Of a stretch of 64,000 bases of DNA, positions 53,340 to 64,000 are shown piece by piece; position 1 is the stretch's first letter, and every line of letters starts with the position of its first letter. The stretch covers positions 3,968,001 to 4,032,000 of the forward strand of contig NC_047018.1 of assembly GCF_902652985.1 (NCBI RefSeq). The letters are read 5' to 3'. This stretch comes from Pecten maximus. Lineage: Eukaryota. Position numbers and translations under genes: made by a program. Below the pieces are notes generated by a model. That model saw only the letters and a list, made by a program, of their open reading frames with translations. It was not told the DNA's origin and searched no databases.

Positions 53340-53675
53340 ATTTCAAGATTATGTAAGTCAGATATATGTTTTATAAGCTTATTGTAAGATATCTAATCCA
53401 GTTTAACGTAATATAAGCTGTGGGCTAAGACATCAGATTCAAGTATACGTTTTATAAGCTGAGGTTTTTTTAGCTACATATATGGTGGAAGACATTTATG
53501 TTAATTATATATTTTGTAAGCTATGGTGTAAGACATCTAAGTTAGTTATACTTTTTGTAAGCTACACGTGTCTTGTAAGACATCTAAGTCAGTTATACGT
53601 TTTGTAAGCTACGTGTGTCTTATAAGACATCTAAGTCAGTTATACGTTTTGTAAGCAATATGTGTCTTGTAAGAC
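53340..53675. repeat. Degenerate ~48-bp tandem repeat (TAAGACATCTAAGTCAGTTATACGTTTTGTAAGCTA...)
   Basis: Recurring aagacatct / tttgtaagct motifs. Confidence 0.75.
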
Positions 53676-53818
53676 ATTTATTGTCCACACTTAGATATGT
53701 CCCATATATACATTTATGTACATATACATATCAAAAAGTGCAGATCACAAGCTCCGCTGAATCTCCCACTGTGGCTAGAAAGAAAGCGTTACTATATAAA
53801 ATCCGTAAACTTAGTACT

Positions 53819-54320
53819 GTCTGATGACTACATTCTGTACACGGTCTGATGACTACATTCTGTACACGGTCTGATGACTACATTCTGTACACGGTCTGAT
53901 GACTACATTCTGTACACGGTCTGATGACTACATTCTGTACACGGTCTGATGACTACATTCTGTACACGGTCTGATGACTACATTCTGTACACGGTCTGAT
54001 GGCTACATTCTGTACACGGTCTGATGGCTACATTCTGTACACGGTCTGATGACTACATTCTGTACACGGTCTGATGACTACATTCTGTACACGGTCTGAT
54101 GACTACATTCTGTACACGGTCTGATGGCTACATTCTGTACACGGTCTGATGACTACATTCTGTACACGGTCTGATGACTACATTATGTACACGGTCTGAT
54201 GGCTACATTCTGTACACGGTCTGATGACTACATTCTGTACACGGTCTGATGACTACATTCTGTACACGGTCTGATGGCTACATTCTGTACACGGTCTGAT
54301 GACTACATTCTGTACACGGT
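53819..54320. repeat. 25-bp minisatellite (CTGATG[A/G]CTACATTCTGTACACGGT), 20 copies
   Basis: Period 25, near-identical copies. Confidence 0.97.
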
Positions 54321-55699
54321 AGGACCATTTATGTAAGAACACCCAATGCAGACATACAGGATAAACACCTAGTTAAGAAAATGAAAAGTCGTCTTCAAGT
54401 AAACAACAACGTGGCACGGCAGATACGTAAGCTTATGTTGTCAGGAGCCATGATTGGCTGTGGCACAAGGTCATTGACAGAACAATGTATTGAAATATAA
54501 AAGGGGGTTAACTCATCTTTATGTGACAAATTTCCATATTTTGTTTAAAAATCCCCCTCCCCCTTCGAAAACTAAAATTGGATTCTTCCTGTTACCGCGT
54601 AATTTTTACTGAGAATTATAGCATTTTTTGTTTTAGCCTAGATACTGAGAAAATAATTGCAATTCACAGTAGCTTTGTCGCAAAGTTCACTCATGTCAAT
54701 ATTCATGGCAATCGGTTCTATATTTCCTGACATCGTCGTACCCTTTATTCGATATCTTCTAATGTAAAATATAAATAACATAAACATGCTTTTTGGCCAC
54801 TTTGGAAACATTTCTTTTCATTTGATATCTACAAAAAAATGTCTACACGATTACACATAATTAAGTATTGTAGCAATGACATTACAAACAGCGATTAGCG
54901 GCTACCACTGGGATTACAACAAATAAAAAACTGCTTAATTCACTTCGATGTTTACCCGGAAAGCACGAGCCAATACAGGGAACCACCAAATGCTGCTCAA
55001 AATAGGCATTGAAAGGGAAGCTTGAGATTCAGCATGTCCACATTTTTTCACAAATTATATTCGTCGAAAAGCAAATTCAATCCAAGCGAAAAAATAATAT
55101 AATGAGATAACAATGAGAAAAACGATTATTCGTATTTCTCTTACATTTTTTTATGTGTTGATATTCTCCGACACAACGATAAACAGTAATGCATAATGTC
55201 GCGATGACGTAATTCCATGAAGAACTCTTTTGTTCGAATGGGCTGAAATAGTATGTACCCTCATTATCACTGATGCCGAGAAGGGCGATAAGTTTTGCCA
55301 ATCAAAAACCATACAGGATGACTGCACATTCCCTGTGACATCAACATACCATTACCTAATGTGATAAATTATCCTGTAGAACGTGCTGTCCGATTTCCTG
55401 ATCAGGCGTTCACGAGCTGATCTTCCTCTCGTTATTTCTATATCCATCATTGTAGCTCCATTGATAAAGCTTATAACATAGGAATTCCATAGAACCTTTA
55501 CGTCAATACATGTTACCACTGCTCAGCATAACCAGTGCATTATATCGTCTGGTAATGCAAGAGGAGTTTGACATTAGTTTAACTGTTATACCAAGACTCG
55601 GCAATGATAATTTCACTCCAAAGAACGTGACTCTTTCTGCTCGACTGCTAAGCTTTACTTATCTCCTTCTAATCTACATTTTTGAATGAATTGCATTGA

Positions 55700-55895
55700 T
55701 TCTCTTTCTGATCCATGAATGGCTTTCCATCCTCTTTCTAATCTATGAATGGCATTCCATCCTCTTTCTAATCTATGAATGGCATTCCATCTTCTTTCTA
55801 ATCCATGAAAGGTATTTGGACCACTTTCTAATCCATGAATGGTATTCGGTCCTCTTTCTATTCCCTGAATGTTATTAGTCCTCTTTTTAATTAGT
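55700..55895. repeat. 30-bp degenerate tandem repeat (TCCATCCTCTTTCTAATCTATGAATGGCAT), about 6 copies
   Basis: Period 30. Confidence 0.85.
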
Positions 55896-56519
55896 TATTC
55901 TTTCTCCGATGCATAAGAGGGAACAGAGGTGTGGTTCGGTTCCTTTTTACGTTTGTGTGTGTTTTGTAGGGTATATTTTAAGTAAGATTTACAAAACGGA
56001 CGAGGTATAAGTCAATTTAAACAAAACTTAATTCACTACATGGACGGTTTCCTAATTTTCACATTCTTACATTAATTATATGCATGCGTATTATATAGAT
56101 ATGGCTGCTTGTTACTCGAAAATCGAAGATCTTTTTTATTTATTATTTATCATGATGCTATGGTTTTCGTCCCTGACACTGATTGTTTGTCCTCTTACTC
56201 CCAAAATTTGACATATGCTTGTTTCTGTAGCGATCCCGTGCCAGTGTGGAGCGACTCGTATTTATTAATGGTTAACCATCATATGTAAGTAACACAAGTA
56301 CTCTTATATCGTACATATCGGGTTTAATGCACTGTCTGGTGGACGGAAATGATAGAATTACAAATCAGAGGGAAACCTACTTTAAACCCGGAATTCTCAT
56401 ATGTGGAAACCTAATATGTAATAATAAGACTAATGAATAAGCTTGATGTTACTTCGGTGGTACGAGATCAATACACGGGGCGTTAGATTACAAAGGAAGT
56501 TTCTTAAAAAAAATATTTC

Positions 56520-57038
56520 AAACTTTAAAAAGTATGTAGACCTGACATGGATATTTTGCGTGTGAAAAACTCCGACCCACCCCAGTCTGTGTGTAAATAA
56601 TGCCATTCAACGCGTCCCGAAAAAATACATATACATGTATGAGAAAAAGGCATTTTTTTAACCCACATCGAAAATACATGTATTGGTGAAAAGCCCTCTG
56701 CAACAATACCCCGAAAGATAAAAAAAAATAAATCTGTGTATGTGAAAAACCGCCTCAACACCAACCCCGAGAGACACAAAATCTGTATGCATGAATAACC
56801 TTCTCCAACCCAAACCCGAAGGTAAAACAAAATCTGTATTTGTGAATACCACCTCTACAATCCCGACAGAAATCAAAATCAGTACGTTTGAATAACCGCC
56901 TCTAAAACAACCCACAAAGAAGACTAAATCTGTGTGTCTGAATAACTGCGTTAACATCAACTCTGAAAGAATACAAAACCTGTGTGTGTCACTAGCCCTT
57001 CTACTCCACCCTTGAGAAAGAAAACAGAATATACGTGT

Positions 57039-57075
<37 letters not shown>

Positions 57076-57085
57076 AATCCCCTTC
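56520..57085. repeat. Old degenerate ~50-bp tandem repeat (aaatctgtgtatgtgaa..cc..) ending in a (GT)n microsatellite at about 57036-57070
   Basis: Recurring aaatctgt..tgaataacc/ccgaaag motifs. Confidence 0.7.
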
Positions 57086-58244
57086 GCACATAGCATACAT
57101 ACATGTATGAAACATGGGGATACGATATCAATAAATGTACAGATAATGTAAAGATATTTGTCAGATATAATAAGGAATCTTCTGCGTCACGTAGAAGTTT
57201 ACCAATAATTGATCGGCTTGTTATTTCCAAAGCACAATTACCGGAACTTGGAAGGTCAGCTGTTTTTTTTATTGTAGCAAAAAGGGTTTTTAAAAACTAG
57301 TACAAAATAGCAAAGTATACTTTTTCTTCCCGGAAAACAGCGGTTGACATGACCTAGTTCTTAAAACCTTTGGTAATTTTACAAAAGCTTTTCTCGTGCC
57401 CCGATAAAACAAGTGTGATGAATATTCCCAAGATGGCTTGGTGCAGTGTATGTAGCATTACCGGTATTGAGAAACGTCTTTTATTAGTAGACACCAACAG
57501 TGTAGATATTGGTTGTATAATCACCATTCGATCTTTATACGATGTGATTTATTTACGATAGCGCTCGTAATATTGTACCAAAACTAACTTCAAATAACAC
57601 TGAGAGTTGATACAGATCACCGACATCTCTAGTATACCTCGGCTGTCTACATAGTGACGTTAATTTCCCCAAATTCCCAGATAGTGAAAAAGAACAGTTT
57701 GTAATGCAATGATTCATTCTCCTCAGGAGCAATTGATTCTGCAGTAGTAATTGACATTGTAAAATCTGTTAAAATAATCTAAATCGTTCGATTGTCATCT
57801 AAATAATGTGTCAATTTGTGAGTTCTACATTTACAACATAGATTCCCAAAGTACTTTCATTGGCAATGCAAAGAACCACGACAGTAGAATCTTACGATCT
57901 CCGAAATCTAGCCGACGCCATCAATTAAAACGGCCTATATTCTGGTAACCATTAACACGTTTAGGCAATTAAGATTCCCTTGTGACTATCATGGTATTAA
58001 GTATTGCTTCCTAACCAGGATATTGGCTATCTTCATAATCCCAAAATTGATTACAAATCCTGCATGTAGATTTCCGGGGGACCAAATTAATTCTACAGTG
58101 CATCTGTTGCGGTGTACGATATTTATCATTTGTTACTGTGTAGGGCACGATGTACTCTGTTGACATGTTACGAAGCTATTACCAGAATAGAGACTTGTCT
58201 CCTCTGTATCTGAGACGTGCTCTAGAGACATTGTATACTGTTGT

Positions 58245-58712
58245 TCGTCTGCATTTCTTTTGTTGAGAGAGGGGGATCTTCAATTCCTCACATATCCATA
58301 GGGAGGTCTGTCTGTACAACCCCTTCTTAAGAGGGGAGGAGTACCTAAATACCTCACCTAGCCATTGCGAGAAGGTTCGTCTGTCCTACATCCTCTGTTA
58401 AGAGGGAGGGTACATTAATATGCAACCTAGCCATTTGTAGAAGGTATGTCTGTACAACCCCTCGTTGAGAGGGAGGGTACATCAATACCTCACCGATCCA
58501 TTTGGAGAAGGTCTGTTTGTACGTCCTTTGTTAAGAGGGAGGGTACATCAATACCTCACCGATCCATTTGGAGAAGGTCTGTCTGTACTTCCTTTGTTAA
58601 GAGGGAGGGTACATTAATACGCCACCTAGCCACTGGGAGAACATCTGTCTGTACATCCCCTTGTTGAGAGGCCGGGTACATCAATACCTCACCTAGCCAT
58701 TGAGGGAAGGCA
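58245..58712. repeat. ~66-bp minisatellite (..GTTAAGAGGGAGGGTACATCAATACCTCACC..CCATTTGGAGAAGGTCTGTCTGTAC..), about 7 copies
   Basis: Period about 66, diverged copies. Confidence 0.85.
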
Positions 58713-59699
58713 AACTAACCATACCGGAAGTACAATACGGACATTTCAAATAATACACAACAATGGATGCTGTACCATCAGTGATCCCATATTGTCACAT
58801 GACTGGTTTGAAGTAACAGAACTATATCTACATATATTAAATAATTGACGAAGTTACTGAGCGAGGACGATACAAGTCTATAAAGAGTAAGAGTGTCCTC
58901 ATATTGAATCCAATGAGACTGAAATGTACATTCATTCGAGAGATCACAATTACGAGTCAGTTTTAGGACAATCACAAATAATTTATAAAGTTGGTTATGA
59001 AGTAGAGTAAAGACGTCGAACATCACGTTTTAGTAGCAGATTAGCAGCTATCAATTCCCTCAATAAAATGAAGACTCAAAGGCTCATCGTGAATAGAGAG
59101 ATCGATTGCCAATGACCGACGGGTTACTATTAAGCAAAGAAAGGAAATACTAAGTAATTATAGTAACTAGAAGTTGTTGGTGTCAGTACGTAAAATACGT
59201 CCGTATAAAGAATAAAGGATCGGCAAGGCCAAACATCAACTTCAGATCGAGATGACACAAACCACTTCACTCAAATAAACCAGTGAGCCAATTACAATCA
59301 TATTCACCTATTATGCCAAGCAATCTTTTCTACTTAAAAACCCGATATAAAGTAATGTAACATCTGGATTCACTTTTGTTTTTGAAATCTAGACAAAAAT
59401 AGGCATTCGATTCGATATTTATTGATTACACAATTCTATAACTGCTTACTCCACTATCTACTATTAGGTTTCAGACAGAGATTTGCGTGACATATCAAAT
59501 TGTTTTTTGTTCTGTTTCTAGGGTGTGACGTTTTTCTCGTACAGTTGGCGTCTTGGTGCGTTTCTGTGTAAAGCATACGTTTATGTCCAAAACGTGTCCG
59601 TGATATGTTCTGTGATGACTCTCACAGTCATGAGCGTGGAACGGTAAGTGTCCTTGTGTTGTTGAGTATATTGTCATACAATATAAAACTTATAAATAA

Positions 59700-59885
59700 G
59701 ACATATATCCAGTAGTCTACCATACAACATAACACCCCAAACTAGAGATATCTAGTTGTCTACCATACAACATAACACCCCAAACTAGACATATCCATTA
59801 GTCTACCATACAACATAACACCCCAAACTAGAGATATCTAGTTGTCTACCATACAACATAACACCCCAAACTAGACATGTCCATT
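59700..59885. repeat. 43-bp minisatellite (CTACCATACAACATAACACCCCAAACTAGA...), resumes at 62209-62275 after the LINE
   Basis: The same unit is present on both sides of the LINE insertion. Confidence 0.9.
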
Positions 59886-62208
59886 CAATTTTCAATTTCA
59901 CTAAATTTTATTCGATAAAGAAAAGGATTTAACAACAGGCATATGCCTATATAAGTTATCTCCTTGTAACAAGGTGTATATACATATATAATTATATAAA
60001 ATTGCTAATTTAATAGAACTAAGTAATTCCAATGCAATAAAGATATTACTTAGTACATATATAATATAATATGGTATGAATATGTAATTTGAGTAGTAAG
60101 GACAATTCTATGATTATTATTAATAAAAGTTGGCTTGTCTTAAATGTATTTTCAATTTGTATAAATTTTGGAGGATTTAGAATACATTATCCAAGACATA
60201 ATCCATCCACCCATGGGATACAGACCTAAAAAGTCCATACTGGCTTACTAGCCATTGGTCATCCACCCATGATTTTTTGGATTAAGTCATGGATACTATA
60301 TTCAGTCATGGACAAATATATTGTAGAATATGGAAGAAAAGAAATTTAGTAGAATGGTATTAGTGGACTGATATTGTCCTTACTTATTTCATAATCAATT
60401 GATTTGATTCAGAGCTATGTAATATTTCATATGTAATACTTGGAATATATTATTATAATATGTTAAGTATTACAAATTTCATGCCAATCAGAAAAAAGGG
60501 GGTAGGGGTAGGTGACCATATATAGGGCTTAATAAGGAAAGAAAGAAATTGCAGATCGCAGAACAATAATGGGGTTTAATCTATAGTAAAAATCTATTGG
60601 TGGCTCTAATGAACTCAATGACATTATCAAATATATTTAAGTTAGTTAGTTTATTACAAGTTTCACAGCCAGACAAAAATATATTTAAATTATAATGATT
60701 ATGATGATAAAAATGTTCTACTGTTTCATGGGCGTTTCCACATGTACATACTGGAGATTCAGAAAGATGATCTCTGTGTAAGTCAGAGTTAAGATTACTC
60801 ACATTATTTCTTAATTGACAAAGAAGTACATTGTTTTTCCTGGTACCAGCATTAAAATAGGCATAATTAATATTTTCGAATCTGATGTCACTTAAATGCA
60901 TATTTAAAAGTTTTTTAAACTGATAAATTGATGTAATACTGGTAAGGTCACACCTTGCTGCAAGTTCATTATAATCTTTCAATGTGGCTGGAATAAAACT
61001 TTTTGCGTAGATATTGGTTCTGCATAATGGAATAGTAAACATTCTATCATTACGTAATAAATATGGATTTGCATTAGTAAAGTATGGCTCAATTAATTCA
61101 TTCAGATAAGTTGGTGAAGTTCCACAGAGAATTTTGTAAAGGAGTATTAATCTATGTTTTTTCCGTCTTGCAGCAAGGGTGTCCCAACCAAGTCCACAGT
61201 AAAGTTTATAATGAGAGGTTCCCTTACGCAGTCCTGTAATAATACGGGCAGCTTCTATTTGTATTGATTCAAGAAGTTTTGCTTCTTCTTGCGTACAGTT
61301 ATCAAAAATAATATCACCATACTCTAAAATGGGTCTAATATAAGAAGTATATAAAGTAACTAAGGTTTTTCGACTCATTTTATATTTTACTGACTTTAGT
61401 AAATTAAGACGTGTATATGCTTTATTATAGATATAGTCAATGTGATGATGCCATTTACCATTTACCATCTGCAGAGAAAAATACACCAAGGTGTTTATGT
61501 GATGTAACATTAGATACGATTTCATTTTGAAATAAAACATCAGGACTAATTATATTCCTTTTACGACTAAAAGTTAATGATTCAGTTTTATTTGGATTAA
61601 ACTTAATGTCCCATTTTTGGACCATACATCAACATTTACTAAGTCAGTAGATAGACTGTTGGCAGCATCTAATGGAGTGGTATGTATTACTCTAAAGAGA
61701 GATGTGTCATCTGCAAATAATCTTTTTTCATTAGTTATACATTCAGTGATATCATTGATGTAAATAAGAAATAGAAAAGGGCCGAGGACTGATCCCTGGG
61801 GGACACCAGCACTTACCTGACATGGTGATGAACAGAAACCTTCTGTCATGACCTTATGTTTACGGTTTAAAAGATAATCCTTAAACCAATTAAGGAGCTT
61901 ACCTTTGATGCCATACATGTCAAGTTTAAATAGTAAACCAGGATGCCAGACTCGATCAAATGCTTTGCTAACATCACAGAATATTGATCTAATTTCAAGT
62001 CCTTCATCTAATTTTTGAATAATTGTATTATACAATGATAGTAGTTAGTTGACAGTAGAATCACCTGGGATAAATCCAGACTGATATTGTGTAATAATTT
62101 CATATTGTATTAAGTGATTATATAAATGTTTAAAAACAATTTTTTTTCTAATATCTTACTAAAGCAACATGTGATAGAAATAGGACGATAGTTGGATACA
62201 TCGCATGT
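59886..62208 (-). mobile_element. 5'-truncated non-LTR retrotransposon (CR1/L2-group LINE)
   Basis: RT remnant, ~700-bp 3'UTR ending AATAAAATTTAGTGAAATTGAAAATTG on the minus strand, and 11-bp TSD ACATGTCCATT at 59875-59885 and 62209-62219. Confidence 0.92.
60581..62208 (-). pseudogene. Disrupted LINE ORF2: reverse transcriptase domain and C-terminus
   Basis: Motifs NYRPISITCCFSKILEK, QSGFIPGDST, FCDVSKAFDRVWH, GVPQGSVLGPFLFLIYIND, LFADDT, YIRPILEYG and C-terminal CTCG..ETVEH; broken by an in-frame stop and frameshifts. Confidence 0.93.
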
Positions 62209-64000
62209 ACATGTCCATTAGTCTACCATACAACATAACACCACAAACTAGACATATCCAGTAGTCAACCATATACGATATATTTACGGTAGGTTTATAC
62301 ATAAATGTAAGATTAGCTGTACTGAAACGATACACTCCAAGAAAGCTAATCAATGCGAACGATTATTATACAGTAATAAATGTGTTGGATATATCTTGTA
62401 ACCACCACTAGTACTTCTACCGTCGGATTACACCTCCCTGATATGTTTCATTTTATTTCGACAGTGACGGAAAACAACTGTCCATTTAATTTTAGTAAAT
62501 TGGTTATATAAGGAACTATTTTATAATCTCATTAAAAAAAATGAATGCATGATATTGTTTGTGAATTTTTATCATTATGTCTGTCAAGTTTGTTTGAAGT
62601 ACCGAAACTTCTATTTCCAAGCACTCGCTTTGCATATTCTCTATACTCGTGTGTGGACGATGATATACGGTGATAGAAGTAGTGAGTAACTGGATAATAT
62701 CAGATTTTCTAGTATATTCTAGTTAAGTTATATACCAGGCGGGCAAGATGGCGACGGACATCAAGTTCATGTTCGTCAGTCAGATCAGAAAGATTTGCCC
62801 AGAGTCTCCAACAGACTGTATGAATTTTTAGGTGGTCGTGATTTCGGACATATCACGTGACTGCCTACCTTATCACCCACCTCATTAAACGATACTCTAG
62901 CTATCTAATCACATGTCTAATTATTGACCACTCTGACGTAGAAAGGGTTTAATAAACACCAACGGTCTGCCCCGCACGTACGAAACATGTGAATGTTTTG
63001 GTTCCCCCAGGAACCCACAAATTGACCATGGCTCATATACAGTGAAATGAATGCCACACTAATGACTTGTTTAGAACCATTTAACGTTACGTACAATAAT
63101 GTAAATGAGCAGTAGTACAAAGCCATACATATGAATATCCACGAGTGTATCACAGGCTATGTAAACAGGCATATCTATTTTGAGTAAACTCTTGGTGTAG
63201 TATATTCCCCATTGCGATACTCGCAGTGTTCGATACAGGCCTAACATTAGGTAACATTATTTTTGATATTAGTTTTCCACTTTTCCACTGGACAATACCA
63301 TTGGAGTTGTTACCTTCAAACCATGCGTTCCTGGTTGCCATTATCTGTAGTTTGTTGACAATATTATACTTATAGACAATAATACATGGACATGGGGAAA
63401 ACTACCCTTTGCGTGTCAGACTTTGTTGTTTGTTTTTTTTCACACTTGTACATGACTTGACTAATAAAATAATTTACCAGGTCAGGACACAATTCAATGC
63501 ATTTCATTACTTTGGCTTGACAACGAATCAGTTTTGTACAAAAATATTACATCATATTGTTCAAAATACAAAGGATAACATATGCACATGAACATATACA
63601 TATCACATAAGGTACATAATATAAGATCACTCTATATCGTCACACACATATATGGCCATACTTACTACTTTTAGCGAATAGTTTTACCGCTATGAATATA
63701 TATATAACGTACTATCGATTTTACAATATAGTTTAACACTTATTTTATGTTTCTATGTTTATTTGCCCTTACAATGAATTCACCTAAGCTATGGAGTTCC
63801 TTTATCTTATTTGAATTCAGTAAATTTAAAGCTTTAAAGATCGATGTTTTATACCAGTAATACTGTTTGACAATTATCCTCCTTCAATATGAATTCTTAG
63901 GACATACAAGTAAAAAGTGAAATTCATCCTCAATCTCGTTTTGTGTACAATTGTTACAAATTCTATTATCCCTAACAATATTTCTACTTCTACCAACTTC

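Larger units (their letters stand above)
984..64000 (+). other. Probable giant intron of the GPCR gene (extends beyond the window)
   Basis: GT donor at 984; no + strand exon with the expected WxFG..C..ERY-type continuation recognised in the ORF track or by eye. Confidence 0.6.

Overview
AT-rich eukaryotic genomic DNA; the repeat style suggests a bivalve mollusc (inference). The only intact coding sequence I can support is the first coding exon (654-983, +) of a rhodopsin-class peptide GPCR (N-terminus, TM1, TM2), probably preceded by a 5'UTR exon (144-271). I found no continuation exon (ECL1/TM3), so 984-64000 appears to be part of one very long intron. Roughly 40% of the window is occupied by about 20 unrelated minisatellite arrays with 17-66 bp units. 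The largest are a 9 kb 42-mer built from palindromes, a 3.7 kb TTAGGG-containing 35-mer and a 3 kb 60-mer. All very long ORFs in the track are translations of these arrays. Also present: a 5'-truncated CR1/L2-type LINE with an 11-bp target-site duplication inside a minisatellite, a TTAA-flanked Kolobok-like MITE, a three-copy hairpin-ended dispersed repeat, Helentron/HINE-like ends, a 5S rRNA-like fragment next to a perfect 49-bp inverted repeat, and an apparent decayed second GPCR gene nested antisense in the intron (about 25.6-26.8 kb). No CRISPR array or prokaryotic system is present. I cannot demonstrate a truly novel system; the best candidates are listed as findings.
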